Positions 1 to 9,409 are shown, numbered from the stretch's first letter. The stretch is 32,000 bases of DNA from Candidatus Saganbacteria bacterium (GCA_026387835.1 JAPLKZ010000010.1:1-32000); one strand, 5' to 3'. A program made the numbers and translations. The notes: a model not told the origin generated them from the letters alone.

Positions 1-457
1 CATACGACTCATTTCCCCACGGATATATTCTTCCTTCAGTCCCTCTTGCCGCGAATTCCCATTGTGCTTCTGTAAGCAGACCGAACTTCCTGCCAGTTGT
101 TTCCATTAGAAATTTGCAGTATTCGGTTGCATCGTTCCAGGAAACATTGACTACAGGATGTAACGCAAACTCTGTGTTAGCCACAAGTTGAGGTATTTCT
201 CTATTCATTGCCTGAAGAAAACCAAGGTATTCACCGTTCGTCACAGGATATTTGCCTATGGCAAAATCTCTTAATGTGACCTCTCTTATAGGCTGGGCAT
301 CGCTAAACCTTGTGCTGCCCATTGAGAACTTCCCGCCGGCCACCCTTACCATTTCGGGAAGGTTTACTCTCGCCTCCAGTGCTATTGGCTGTAAAACCAC
401 GTGTTTCTCTTCTATTCTTATTACTCTCATTCCTCTGATAGTCGTTCCTATTGCCAT
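1..457 (-). CDS. SUMF1 / formylglycine-generating-enzyme-like domain protein, C-terminally truncated by the window edge
   Basis: Hand translation of the minus strand from the ATG at 457: MAIGTTIRGMRVIRIEEKHVVLQPIALEARVNLPEMVRVAGGKFSMGSTRFSDAQPIREVTLRDFAIGKYPVTNGEYLGF...HPVVNVSWNDATEYCKFLMETTGRKFGLLTEAQWEFAARGTEGRIYPWGNESY, open to the window edge. Motifs F-MGS, I-KYPVTN-EY, PV-NVSW-DA-EYC, LLTEAQWEFAARG and YPWGNE are typical of FGE-sulfatase domains. AAGGAG sits about 8 nt upstream. Not present in the supplied ORF track. Confidence 0.88.
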   Translation of the reverse strand, partial: MAIGTTIRGMRVIRIEEKHVVLQPIALEARVNLPEMVRVAGGKFSMGSTRFSDAQPIREVTLRDFAIGKYPVTNGEYLGFLQAMNREIPQLVANTEFALHPVVNVSWNDATEYCKFLMETTGRKFGLLTEAQWEFAARGTEGRIYPWGNESY

Positions 458-654
458 TTTATTTTCTCCTTATTGAGACCTCTGAAATTCAGCCCTTTTT
501 GGCCTCATATGTCCATCGTCAATTCTTTTGCAAGATTTCACTATTTTTATGGTGTGATTGGAAAAGTATGAGGACATGTCTGCCTGCCCTCTTTCGGCAG
601 GTAAAGCGGCAAGCAGGCTGCGTACCGCTGTTCCGCTGGCGGGCAAATTTCTGT

Positions 655-783
655 AATGCTATTGTTGAACAGGGGGAGATATTGAGGATATCACAAATTG
701 AGACATCCTTGAAATATCATAAAATGGTTTACGCGTTCACGGAGCAAGGAATTGCCATGCTATCACGCGCTGTTATGCAATAA
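655..783 (+). pseudogene. Remnant of an ORF6N-domain (phage/MGE-associated DNA-binding) protein
   Basis: C-terminal part of ORF 451..783: EILRISQIETSLKYHKMVYAFTEQGIAMLS resembles the conserved SQ..TS...(R)YLPYAFTEQGVAMLS block of ORF6N domains. It is followed at once by a stop, and there is no recognisable N-terminal half. Confidence 0.55.
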
Positions 784-792
784 TGATAGATA

Positions 793-1311
793 TCAACGTT
801 TTGTGTACTGGAATCTCTTCCTCGCGCGCTTTTGTCCGTATTTTTTGCGCTCTTTCGTCCTTGGGTCCCTTACAAGACATCCGGCTTTCCCGAGGATGCT
901 TTTTAACGAGGGATCGATCAGGACCAACGCCCTTGCGATCCCTAGCTTTATTGCTCCGGCCTGGGAACAAACTCCCCCGCCGTTAGCTATTACATCGATA
1001 CTGTAAACGCCCGGGACATTTGCTATCTTCAACGGCTTCAACATCTCGGATATCAATATGTGCCTTCCGGCGACATAAACTTCGTGATCCCTGCCGTTAA
1101 TAGTTATTTTGCCTTCGCCTTTGTAAAGCTTGACCCTTGCCACGGAAGTCTTTCTTCGGCCTACCGCGCAGAAGGTCTCCTCCGCTGCTTTTTTGGGGTG
1201 GCGTTTTTTTGTCTCGTGCACGGTCTCCGGCTGTTTTACATCGGCATCTGCTGCCACTGCTTTTGGCTTCGGCGTCTTTTTTGGTTTTTGTGTTGTTTCT
1301 TCGGTCATCAT
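793..1311 (-). CDS. rpsI: 30S ribosomal protein S9 with N-terminal extension
   Basis: FCAVGRRKTSVARV...YGQKRARKRFQYTKR. The start may be the second Met (about 1308), which has better spacing from AAGGAG. Confidence 0.97.
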   Translation of the reverse strand: MMTEETTQKPKKTPKPKAVAADADVKQPETVHETKKRHPKKAAEETFCAVGRRKTSVARVKLYKGEGKITINGRDHEVYVAGRHILISEMLKPLKIANVPGVYSIDVIANGGGVCSQAGAIKLGIARALVLIDPSLKSILGKAGCLVRDPRTKERKKYGQKRARKRFQYTKR

Positions 1312-1321
1312 TTACTCCTTT

Positions 1322-1759
1322 TTATATTTCCAGTGCCTGCGGTTTTTGTGAGGCCTCTCTGTATTTACCGTCTTTGTACACTTTCAGCTTGGTTATTAGC
1401 CTGTCTCCGAGACGCCCCCTGGGCAGCATCCCTCTTACCGCATGGCGTATCACTTCTTCGGGACGCTTTTTCATCCTGTCCTCAAGATTCACTGATTTTG
1501 CGCCGTGAGGATACCCGCTGTGCGTGAAGTATTGCTTTTGTTTCATCTTTTTTCCTGTCACTTTGATCTCCGAGGCATTGATTATTATGACAAAATCACC
1601 CGTATCGCAGCTCGGCGTGAATATCTCCTCGTCCTTTCCTCTGAGTATATCCGCCACCTTTACGGCAAGCCTTCCGAGGACCTTGCCTGAAGCGTCCACC
1701 AGGTACCAGTTCTTCTTTATTTTTTCTTCGCTTGCCGAAAATGTCGTGTTTCTTTTCAT
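1322..1759 (-). CDS. rplM: 50S ribosomal protein L13
   Basis: NWYLVDASGKVLGRLAVKVADILRGK...VNLEDRMKKRPEEVIRHAVRGMLPRGRLG; immediately upstream of rpsI. Confidence 0.97.
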   Translation of the reverse strand: MKRNTTFSASEEKIKKNWYLVDASGKVLGRLAVKVADILRGKDEEIFTPSCDTGDFVIIINASEIKVTGKKMKQKQYFTHSGYPHGAKSVNLEDRMKKRPEEVIRHAVRGMLPRGRLGDRLITKLKVYKDGKYREASQKPQALEI

Positions 1760-1781
1760 TTTTTATAACCCTTCCTGGCGC

Positions 1782-2132
1782 TCACAATAGCTCCAACAAT
1801 ACCATATCCGTGGCGTCACCCCTTCTTTTACCGATGAGGGTCAGCCTTGTGCATCCCCCGCTGTGGCTTTTGAACCTTTCTCCCGCCGACTTGAAGAATC
1901 CTGTCACCAGGGTTTTATCGGGAACTATAGAAAGCGCTCTTCTGAGAGAAGAAAGACCGCCTTTTTTTGACAGGGCTATGATCTTTTCCACGGTCTTTCT
2001 GACCTCCTGTCCTCTTCTCTTCGATATCTTTATCTTCCCGTTCTTTATCAAAGCTATAGTAAGGGACCTCAGGAGCGCCATCCTTTGGTCTGTCGCCTTA
2101 TTTAATTTCCGGTATCCTAATCTGTGTCTCAT
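1782..2132 (-). CDS. rplQ: 50S ribosomal protein L17
   Basis: MRHRLGYRKLNKATDQRMALLRSLTIALI; follows rpoA. Confidence 0.97.
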   Translation of the reverse strand: MRHRLGYRKLNKATDQRMALLRSLTIALIKNGKIKISKRRGQEVRKTVEKIIALSKKGGLSSLRRALSIVPDKTLVTGFFKSAGERFKSHSGGCTRLTLIGKRRGDATDMVLLELL

Positions 2133-3100
2133 TTTTCTTCGCTTTCTCCGTGCCCGGACAGCGAACCGCCCTTAAGTATCAGATTGAATTTCGCCAGCGA
2201 TTCCTTTATCTCGTCAAAAGATTTGGTCCCTAGGCTTTTTATCTTCAAAAGATCGTTCTCGGTCAGCTCGATGAGCTCCCCGACCGTATTGATGCTGGCC
2301 TTTTTCAGGCAGTTAAGCGACCTTGAAGACAGATCGATATCATCTATGTTCATCTCAAGGATGCTCGGGTCCACTTCGCCCTCTCCCGGCACATGTATTG
2401 CCAGGGCATCTGATCTTTCACCTATATGTATGAACATATTGATGTGCTTTGCCAGAACTTCCGCGGATTGTTTTACCGCGTCTTCCGGTTTCACAGCCTT
2501 GTTCGTCCACACGTCAAGGATCAGCCTGTCATAATTTATTTCCTGTCCCACGCGCACCTCTTCGGTCGTGACGTTCACTTTTTTGACCGGACTGAAGATG
2601 GAGTCGACAGGAATAGTGCCGATGGGCTGGTTGGGTTTTTTGTTCCTTTCCGACGGGACAAAACCTCTTCCTTTTTCAACTACCATCTCTATGTTAAGTT
2701 CACCCCCACTTTCAAGCGTCGCCAGATAATGCTCGGGATCTACGATCTCGACATCCGCGTCGTGCTTAATATCTCCCGCTTTTACCACCCCTTTGCCTTT
2801 TGCCTCGAGTTTGATTATTTTAGGGGCATCCGAATGCGACCTTACTATCATCTTCTTGATGTTGAGTATTATCTGCAATACGTCCTCGACAACATTGGGA
2901 ATGGTCGAAAACTCGTGAGACACCTCCTCTATCCTTATTGATGTGACCGCAGCGCCCACGAGCGAGGAAAGGAGCACTCTTCTCATGGAATTTCCGAGCG
3001 TCGACCCGTAACCTCTTTCAAGGGGTTCCACGATGAACCTTCCGTATCCGTCTTCCACCATCTCATGCCTTACCCACGGTTTCTCTCCGATCATTACCAT
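2129..3100 (-). CDS. rpoA: DNA-directed RNA polymerase subunit alpha
   Basis: VEPLERGYGSTLGNSMRRVLLSSLVGAAVTSIRI...; C-terminal domain with LSSRSLNCLKKASINTVGEL. Confidence 0.98.
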   Translation of the reverse strand: MVMIGEKPWVRHEMVEDGYGRFIVEPLERGYGSTLGNSMRRVLLSSLVGAAVTSIRIEEVSHEFSTIPNVVEDVLQIILNIKKMIVRSHSDAPKIIKLEAKGKGVVKAGDIKHDADVEIVDPEHYLATLESGGELNIEMVVEKGRGFVPSERNKKPNQPIGTIPVDSIFSPVKKVNVTTEEVRVGQEINYDRLILDVWTNKAVKPEDAVKQSAEVLAKHINMFIHIGERSDALAIHVPGEGEVDPSILEMNIDDIDLSSRSLNCLKKASINTVGELIELTENDLLKIKSLGTKSFDEIKESLAKFNLILKGGSLSGHGESEEK

Positions 3101-3112
3101 TATTTTTGCCTC

Positions 3113-3733
3113 CTATCTTGAATAAAACTCGACTATCAGCCTTTCTTCGACCAGACTGTCCATGTCCTCCCTTTTCGGCAGATTATTCACTTTTCCTCCC
3201 AGATTGTCCGCATCAAAGCTCAGCCATACAGGGACCGTTCTTTCTTTCATCGTCTCGATAGATTTTTTTAAATTAGCCGCTGATTTTTCCCTGACATTTA
3301 CCGCATCGCCCGTCTTCACGCAATAAGAAGGGATGTTCACTTTTTTGGCGTTGACCAGAATATGCCCGTCCCTGACCATCTGTCTTGCCTGGGCCCTGGA
3401 CGAAGCAAGCCCCATCCTCCATATAACGTTGTCCAGGCGTCTTTCGAGCAGCTCCATGAGTTTTTCACCGGTAGAGCCTTTGCTGCCCGCGGCGATCGAA
3501 AAGTACCGTCTGAACTGCCGCTCCGAAAGCCCGTAGATGCTTCTGGCCTTCTGCTTTGCACGCAGCCTGATCCCGAACTCAGACGGTCTTTTTCTGCCCT
3601 GTCCGTGCTGGCCGGGGCCGTAGCTTCTTTTATCAAACGGGCATTTAGGGCCTGCACACTTTTCGCCCTTTAAAAAAAGTTTTGCTCCTTCTCTCCGGCA
3701 TATTTTGCATACCGGGCCGGTGTGTCTTCCCAT
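3113..3733 (-). CDS. rpsD: 30S ribosomal protein S4 (zinc-binding N-terminus)
   Basis: CKICRREGAKLFLKGEKCAGPKCPFDKRSYGPGQHG...RLDNVIWRMGLASSRAQARQMVRDGHILVN. Confidence 0.98.
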   Translation of the reverse strand: MGRHTGPVCKICRREGAKLFLKGEKCAGPKCPFDKRSYGPGQHGQGRKRPSEFGIRLRAKQKARSIYGLSERQFRRYFSIAAGSKGSTGEKLMELLERRLDNVIWRMGLASSRAQARQMVRDGHILVNAKKVNIPSYCVKTGDAVNVREKSAANLKKSIETMKERTVPVWLSFDADNLGGKVNNLPKREDMDSLVEERLIVEFYSR

Positions 3734-4132
3734 TTATACTCTCCTTCTTTTTCTCGGCCTGCAGCCGTTGTGCGGTATCGGCGTCACATCTTTTATGGAG
3801 GTTATGTCGAGACCGGTCGCCTGCAGGGCCCTTATTGCCGTTTCCCTCCCCGATCCGGGACCTTTAACGACAACGTTCACCTCTTTCATGCCCATATCGA
3901 TAGCTTTTTTAGCTACTGTTTCGGCCGCTAACTGCGCCGCGAAAGGAGTTCCTTTCTTCGTACCCTTAAAACCCACGTTCCCTGCCGAAGCCCACGCCGC
4001 GACGTTGCCTTTTGAATCAGTTAACGAGATTATCGTGTTATTGAACGTGGCTTTTATATGGGCGGTTCCCTGTATCCCGACCCTTTTTTCCTTTTTTTTC
4101 TTTTTTACTGTTTCTTTTGGAACTGATGCCAT
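3734..4132 (-). CDS. rpsK: 30S ribosomal protein S11
   Basis: [49 protein letters not shown]...[16 protein letters not shown]. Confidence 0.98.
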   Translation of the reverse strand: MASVPKETVKKKKKEKRVGIQGTAHIKATFNNTIISLTDSKGNVAAWASAGNVGFKGTKKGTPFAAQLAAETVAKKAIDMGMKEVNVVVKGPGSGRETAIRALQATGLDITSIKDVTPIPHNGCRPRKRRRV

Positions 4133-4150
4133 GGCAGCTATTCTCCTTTT

Positions 4151-4534
4151 TTATGTTTTTCCTTCTTCTTTCTTTCTTCCGGAACCGACCGTTTTTCTCT
4201 TGCCTCTTTTTGTGCGGGCGTTCGTCTTTGTCCTCTGCCCCCTGCATGGCAGGCCCTTTTTATGGCGGCTGCCCCTGTAAGCCCCTATATCCACCAGCCT
4301 CTTTATGCTTAAAGATATGTCTTTTCTGAGATCGCCTTCTACTTTGTAATCTTTTATGACCTCCCTGATCCTGACGATCTCGTCCTCGGTCAGGTCTTTT
4401 ACGCTTGTATCCGGATTTACGGATGCTTTTTTAAGGATCTCGTTGCTTTTCGGCCTTGCTATCCCGTAGAGATAAGTAAGCCCGATCTCCACCCTTTTAT
4501 TTTTCGGAAGATCAACGCCTGCGATACGTGCCAT
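4151..4534 (-). CDS. rpsM: 30S ribosomal protein S13
   Basis: [34 protein letters not shown]...[18 protein letters not shown]. Confidence 0.98.
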   Translation of the reverse strand: MARIAGVDLPKNKRVEIGLTYLYGIARPKSNEILKKASVNPDTSVKDLTEDEIVRIREVIKDYKVEGDLRKDISLSIKRLVDIGAYRGSRHKKGLPCRGQRTKTNARTKRGKRKTVGSGRKKEEGKT

Positions 4535-4549
4535 GGTACCTCCTGTTCT

Positions 4550-4663
4550 CTATCCCTGCCTTTGTTTGTGCTTGGGATTTGTGCATATCACTCTTATGCG
4601 GCCGTGCCTCTTTATTATTTTGCATTTTTCGCACATCGGTTTTACGGAACTTCTTACTTTCAT
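4550..4663 (-). CDS. rpmJ: 50S ribosomal protein L36
   Basis: Hand-translated small ORF, below the ORF-track cutoff: [37 protein letters not shown]. Sits between infA and rpsM. Confidence 0.97.
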   Translation of the reverse strand: MKVRSSVKPMCEKCKIIKRHGRIRVICTNPKHKQRQG

Positions 4664-4664
4664 A

Positions 4665-4886
4665 TTATTTCCCCCTGTATGTTATCCTTCCTTTTGTAAG
4701 GTCGTAGGGAGACATCTCTACTTTTACCTTGTCGCCCGGAAGTATCCTTATAAAATGCTTCCTTATTTTCCCCGAAACATGCGCCAGTATGACCTGCCCT
4801 GTCTCCAGCTTCACGCGGAACAGCGCGCTCGGGAGCGCTTCTGTCACTTCCCCTTCAAATTCTATGACGTCCTTATCTTTTGGCAT
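4665..4886 (-). CDS. infA: Translation initiation factor IF-1
   Basis: [73 protein letters not shown]. Confidence 0.97.
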   Translation of the reverse strand: MPKDKDVIEFEGEVTEALPSALFRVKLETGQVILAHVSGKIRKHFIRILPGDKVKVEMSPYDLTKGRITYRGK

Positions 4887-5633
4887 TTATATCCTCGTTA
4901 ATATTTCCGCTTTATCTTCCGTTATCAGTATCGTATGCTCGAAATGGGCCGACAGTTTTCTGTCCTTCGTCACGACCGTCCACCCGTCATCAAGCGTCTC
5001 TATCTCGCTTGTCCCTATGTTCAGCATCGGTTCTATCGCGAACACCATCCCTTTTTCAAGCTTCGGTCCGGTGCCCGGACTTCCGAAGTTCGGTATCAAA
5101 GGGTCCTCATGCAGCTCGCTGCCCACCCCGTGGCCGAAAAGATCCTTAACTACGCTGTAACCATGCCGCTTAGCGTGCTGCTCTATCGACGAAGAAATGT
5201 CTCCCACTTTCTTCCCGTATCTTGCCGTTTTTATGCCCAGGTCAAGACACTCACTCGCGGTAGAAAGCAGCTTTCTTGCGGCTTTCGAGATCTTTCCTAC
5301 AGGGAACGTTTCGGCAACGTCGCCGTAATAACCTCCGACTATCGCGCCGATATCGACCCCTATTATATCGCCTTCCATCAGCAGCCGATCCGACGGGATC
5401 CCGTGGACGATCTCTTCGTTCACGGAAAGACACGACGCGTGCCTGTAGCCCCTGTACCCTTTAAATGCCGGCTTTGCTCCTCTTTTTATTATCTCCGTTT
5501 CTATTATATTGTCCAGTTCTCTTGTCGTGATCCCGGGCGCTACATTTTTTTCCGCGGTCTTCAGCACTTCCTCGGCCACTCTGCAGGCCAGCCTGATCAG
5601 TTTTATCTCTTCCTCGGTCTTTATCTTTATCAT
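4887..5633 (-). CDS. map: Type I methionine aminopeptidase
   Basis: IKTEEEIKLIRLACRVAEEVL...CLSVNEEIVHGIPSDRLLMEGDIIGVDIGAIVGGYYGDVAETF...GHGVG...HFEHTILIT. Confidence 0.97.
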   Translation of the reverse strand: MIKIKTEEEIKLIRLACRVAEEVLKTAEKNVAPGITTRELDNIIETEIIKRGAKPAFKGYRGYRHASCLSVNEEIVHGIPSDRLLMEGDIIGVDIGAIVGGYYGDVAETFPVGKISKAARKLLSTASECLDLGIKTARYGKKVGDISSSIEQHAKRHGYSVVKDLFGHGVGSELHEDPLIPNFGSPGTGPKLEKGMVFAIEPMLNIGTSEIETLDDGWTVVTKDRKLSAHFEHTILITEDKAEILTRI

Positions 5634-6244
5634 AAAGACGATCTGATCCTCTCAAGTATGACGGTCAGGTCTCCCACTCCGTCAACCTTTTTGACGGCGC
5701 CTGCATAATACTTCACGAGCGGCGCTGTCTCTTTTTCGTAGATCTCAAACCTTTTTTTTATCGTTTCCTCCCTGTCATCGTCCCTGATATAAAGCTGCGA
5801 ACCGCAGTTGTCGCAGATACCTTCTTTTTTAGGGGCGTTCTTTTCGACATGGTAGACCGCTCCGCATTTTTTACAGCTTCGTCTTCCCTCCAGTCTTCTG
5901 ACTATTTCATCCTGCGGGATATCTATATAGATCACTCTGTCTATCCCTGCTATCCCCTTTACGAACTCAGCCTGTTTTACAGTCCTCGGATAACCGTCCA
6001 GAACAAACCCTTTTTCCTTTTCTTTATCGATCGCCTGGCGCGCTATCTCATTCACCACTTCGTCGGGGACCAGGGCGCCCCGGCTCAGGTACTGTTTCGC
6101 TAACCTGCCCGTCTCTGTTCCTTCCTTTATCGCTTCTCTCAAAATATCTCCCATCGATATGTGGGCGATGCCGAGGTCCTTTGCGACCACACTTGACTGG
6201 GTGCCTTTCCCGCTTCCGGGAGGCCCAAGAAAAATGAGCTTCAT
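5630..6244 (-). CDS. adk: Adenylate kinase with zinc-type lid
   Basis: MKLIFLGPPGSGKGTQSSVVAKDLGIAHISMGDILR...GFVLDGYPRTVKQAE...CKKCGAVYH...CDNCGSQLYIRDDD. Confidence 0.97.
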   Translation of the reverse strand: MKLIFLGPPGSGKGTQSSVVAKDLGIAHISMGDILREAIKEGTETGRLAKQYLSRGALVPDEVVNEIARQAIDKEKEKGFVLDGYPRTVKQAEFVKGIAGIDRVIYIDIPQDEIVRRLEGRRSCKKCGAVYHVEKNAPKKEGICDNCGSQLYIRDDDREETIKKRFEIYEKETAPLVKYYAGAVKKVDGVGDLTVILERIRSSL

Positions 6245-7506
6245 CAGACCAGCAACCTCTCGTATTGCCTTGTGACCAGGTGCGACTCTATCTGCCTCAC
6301 CAGGTCCAGCGCCACTCCGACGACTATCAGAAGCGCCGTTGCACCGAGACCCTGGAAAGTCGTGATATGTGTCAGGCTCTCCACTATTGTCGGGATTATC
6401 GCTATGATGGCCAGGAACAGCGCTCCTATCAGCGTAAGCCTTGATATTATATATTCAAGATATTCAGCGGTCGGGTTTCCCGGCCTGATACCTGTTATAA
6501 AACCGCCGTACTTTTTAATGTTCTCCGCCAGTTCTTTGGGGTTGAAAGTTATCGCCGTGTAAAAATATGTAAAGAAGAAGATCAAGGCAAAATACAGCAG
6601 CATATAAATCGACCCTGATGGCGACAGCGCGCCCACGATACCCCTGAAAAAGTCATTGGGTATGAACTGCGCTATCGTCGCGGGAAAAAGTAAAAACGAT
6701 GATGCGAATATTATCGGGATCACACCGCCCTGGTTCAGCCTGATCGGAATATAGGTGCTCTGGCCTCCGTACATCTTTCTTCCGACTATCCTCTTGGCGT
6801 ACTGGACCTGCACGCGCCTCTGAGCTTCCTGTACAACGACGATCGCCACTATCATCACAAGGAACACGCAAAGAAGAACGATCAGTCCCGTGACGCTCGC
6901 TCCGCCTTTAAGTATTGTTACCGTCTGCCCTACATAAGTAGGTATCCTCGATATAATGCCGATAAATATTATTAGCGAGGCTCCGTTGCCGATGCCTCTT
7001 TCGGTTATCAGCTCTGCGATCCACATCAGAAGTGCCGTGCCGGCCGTAAGCGATATGACCGAGGAGATAAGGAACAACGGAAAGCTATAGCCTTCCAGCA
7101 GAACGCTTCTCAGCCAGAACGACATGCCGATCGACTGGAACAGGGCAAAACCTATCGTCAGGTATTTTGTGTACTGCGCTATCTGTTTTCTCCCGTGCTC
7201 GCCCTCTTTTTGCAGTTCCTCGAGCTGCGGGATCACCGCCGCCAAAAGCTGCATGACGATCGAAGCATTTATGTACGGGACTATGCCCATCGCGAATACC
7301 GAGAACTTCACAAGCGCGCCGCCTGTAAAGAGGTCAAGGAATCCCAAAAGGTTCCCCTTGCCGAACAACTCGGACAGTTTTACCGTATCTATTCCCGCGA
7401 TCGACACATGCGCCCCGAACCTGAATATCGCTATCATCACCAGGGTGAACAACACCCTCGTGCGCAGGTCTTTTATATTAACTAATCCGGAAAGACTTTT
7501 TAACAT
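6244..7506 (-). CDS. secY: Preprotein translocase subunit SecY
   Basis: Polytopic protein with MGIVPYINASIVMQLL, NPKELAENIKKYGGFITGIRPG, QIESHLVTRQYERLL; position between rplO and adk. Confidence 0.98.
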   Translation of the reverse strand: MLKSLSGLVNIKDLRTRVLFTLVMIAIFRFGAHVSIAGIDTVKLSELFGKGNLLGFLDLFTGGALVKFSVFAMGIVPYINASIVMQLLAAVIPQLEELQKEGEHGRKQIAQYTKYLTIGFALFQSIGMSFWLRSVLLEGYSFPLFLISSVISLTAGTALLMWIAELITERGIGNGASLIIFIGIISRIPTYVGQTVTILKGGASVTGLIVLLCVFLVMIVAIVVVQEAQRRVQVQYAKRIVGRKMYGGQSTYIPIRLNQGGVIPIIFASSFLLFPATIAQFIPNDFFRGIVGALSPSGSIYMLLYFALIFFFTYFYTAITFNPKELAENIKKYGGFITGIRPGNPTAEYLEYIISRLTLIGALFLAIIAIIPTIVESLTHITTFQGLGATALLIVVGVALDLVRQIESHLVTRQYERLLV

Positions 7507-7964
7507 CAGATCTGTACCGCTTTTCCTTTGGCTTCTTCTATCTTCTTCTTTGCCTCTTCGCTGAACCTGTTCGCCTCGACCGTTATGTTTTTTTTGATCT
7601 CGCCGTTTCCTAATATCTTTATCTGAAAGGAAGCTCTTTTCTTCGTCGATGAAAAGAATTTCTCTATCAGATCATCGATTTTTACGGTACACCCGTCTTC
7701 AAATACATCCAGCTGGCCGACATTCAAAATATTAAACTTTTTTTTGAAAGGATAGTTCTTGAAAGTGCCCATTTTGGGAAGCCTTCGGTACAACGGCGTC
7801 TGGCCGCCCTCGAACCTTATCCCTTTACCGCCGCCTGCTCGGCTGAGCTGTCCTTTGTGTCCGCGGCCCGCAGTCTTCCCGTGCCCCGAGGAAGTTCCCC
7901 TCGCGACTTTCTTCTTTTTCTTGTTCGATCCTTTACCCGGTTTTAACTTTGATAAGTCGATCAT
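7506..7964 (-). CDS. rplO: 50S ribosomal protein L15
   Basis: MIDLSKLKPGKGSNKKKKKVARGTSSGHGKTAGRGHKGQLSRAGGGKGIRFEGGQTPLYRRLPKMG; start refined from the track (7979) to the internal ATG. Confidence 0.96.
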   Translation of the reverse strand: MIDLSKLKPGKGSNKKKKKVARGTSSGHGKTAGRGHKGQLSRAGGGKGIRFEGGQTPLYRRLPKMGTFKNYPFKKKFNILNVGQLDVFEDGCTVKIDDLIEKFFSSTKKRASFQIKILGNGEIKKNITVEANRFSEEAKKKIEEAKGKAVQI

Positions 7965-7965
7965 G

Positions 7966-8487
7966 TTATCCTTCCACAATTTGTTTTACTTTGAGCTCTA
8001 TTCCCCTTAGGGCTGTTTCCTCTTCAAGGTTCTTCAGGTTCAAAAGGCTGTCGAGTGTGGCCCTGATCACATTGATGGCATTTGACGAACCTATAGATTT
8101 GGCGACGATATTCCTCACTCCGGCAAGTTCAAGGACCGTCCTCACAGGGCCGCCTGCTATGACGCCTTTCCCCGGAGGAGCCGTCCTTATTATAGTCTTT
8201 GTAGATGAAAATTTGCCTTCGCAGTCGTGCGGCACCGTCCCTCCTACAATGGGAACTTTTATCATGTTCTTTTTTCCGTCCTCCACGGCTTTCCTTATGG
8301 CGGAAGCCACTTCGTTCGCTTTGCCGATGCCGAGCCCGACACTTCCGGCTTCATCGCCGACGATCACGACAGCGCGGAAACTCATCTTTTTGCCGCCTTT
8401 GACGACTTTCGTTACGCGCCTTATCTGCACGACTTTTTCTTTTATCCCGCTTTCTTCCGAACCCGTATTATATTTATATTCAGCCAC
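7966..8487 (-). CDS. rpsE: 30S ribosomal protein S5
   Basis: IKEKVVQIRRVTKVVKGGKKMSFRAVVIVGDEAGSVGLGIGKANEV...; apparent GTG start. Confidence 0.97.
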   Translation of the reverse strand: MAEYKYNTGSEESGIKEKVVQIRRVTKVVKGGKKMSFRAVVIVGDEAGSVGLGIGKANEVASAIRKAVEDGKKNMIKVPIVGGTVPHDCEGKFSSTKTIIRTAPPGKGVIAGGPVRTVLELAGVRNIVAKSIGSSNAINVIRATLDSLLNLKNLEEETALRGIELKVKQIVEG

Positions 8488-8523
8488 AAAGACCTCCCTG
8501 TCCCGTTAAATAGGGACGATTAA

Positions 8524-8847
8524 TTAAAACTTCAATCCTTCCTGCCTCGCCGCATCCGCAAGGGCCTTTATTTTACCGTGGTATTTTCTTTGTCCCCTGT
8601 CGAACACGACTGTCTCTATGCCGGCTTTTTTAGCTCTTTTGCCGATAAGCTGCCCGATCTTTTTTGCGGCCTCTATATTGGCCCTGAGTTTTTCCTTGCC
8701 GAAATCCTTGTCCAGAGTGGACGCGAAAGACAGAGTCCTGCCTTCCGTGTCATCTATGATCTGGGCATAAATGTGCCCGAGAGTAACCGACACTCTCAGT
8801 CTCGGCCTTTCTTTTGTCCCTGATATTATCGCTTTTCTTTTTCCCAT
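8524..8847 (-). CDS. rplR: 50S ribosomal protein L18
   Basis: [44 protein letters not shown]...[26 protein letters not shown]; start refined to the internal Met after the rplF stop. Confidence 0.95.
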   Translation of the reverse strand: MGKRKAIISGTKERPRLRVSVTLGHIYAQIIDDTEGRTLSFASTLDKDFGKEKLRANIEAAKKIGQLIGKRAKKAGIETVVFDRGQRKYHGKIKALADAARQEGLKF

Positions 8848-8848
8848 T

Positions 8849-9397
8849 TTATGCCGCCGCCTTTGCAGCCGCTTTTCCGGCCTTTCTTCTGACATACTGG
8901 CCGGCATATTTTATGCCCTTTCCTTTATATGGCTCGACAGGCCGTATCTTCTTTATATCCGCGGCGATCTGACCTACCATGTGCTTGTCAATGCCTATGA
9001 CCCTGACCTTTGTCTGTCCTTCGACCAAAAACTCTATGCCGTGAGGAGGGTCCACTGTCACCGGATGGGAATAACCCATCGACAGGACAAGTTTTTTTCC
9101 TTCTTTAGCCGCACGGTACCCGACTCCGCTTATCTCGAGGTCTTTTATGAAACCGTCCGTCACGCCGCGGACCATATTAGCGATAAGCGACCGGTACAGC
9201 CCGTGCATCGATTTGATCCTTTTCTCTTCCGAAGACCTTGAAAGCGTGAGTGTCTGGCCTTCGGACTTTATGGTAATGCTTTTATCCATGGTCAGTGTCG
9301 TTGTACCTTTGGGACCTTTTACCGTCACATCCCGGTCCGCCTGAGTGACGGTCACTCCTGCCGGTATATTGATGATCGCTTTTCCTATCCTTGACAT
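8849..9397 (-). CDS. rplF: 50S ribosomal protein L6
   Basis: [37 protein letters not shown]...[24 protein letters not shown]. Confidence 0.97.
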   Translation of the reverse strand: MSRIGKAIINIPAGVTVTQADRDVTVKGPKGTTTLTMDKSITIKSEGQTLTLSRSSEEKRIKSMHGLYRSLIANMVRGVTDGFIKDLEISGVGYRAAKEGKKLVLSMGYSHPVTVDPPHGIEFLVEGQTKVRVIGIDKHMVGQIAADIKKIRPVEPYKGKGIKYAGQYVRRKAGKAAAKAAA

Positions 9398-9409
9398 TGT
9401 TTTACCCCT

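Noticed and set aside
252-476. Plus-strand ORF of 74 aa
   Set aside because: Antisense to the SUMF1/FGE-like gene identified on the minus strand, and no domain similarity.
583-601. Small hairpin cctgcc-ctctttc-ggcagg in the left intergenic region, considered as a terminator
   Set aside because: Only a 6-bp stem, no clear U tract in either orientation, and it sits about 190 bp beyond rpsI; too weak to call.
752-1527. Plus-strand ORFs 752..1006, 1060..1527, 1130..1351 and 1137..1508
   Set aside because: They overlap rpsI/rplM in antisense, with no recognisable protein features.
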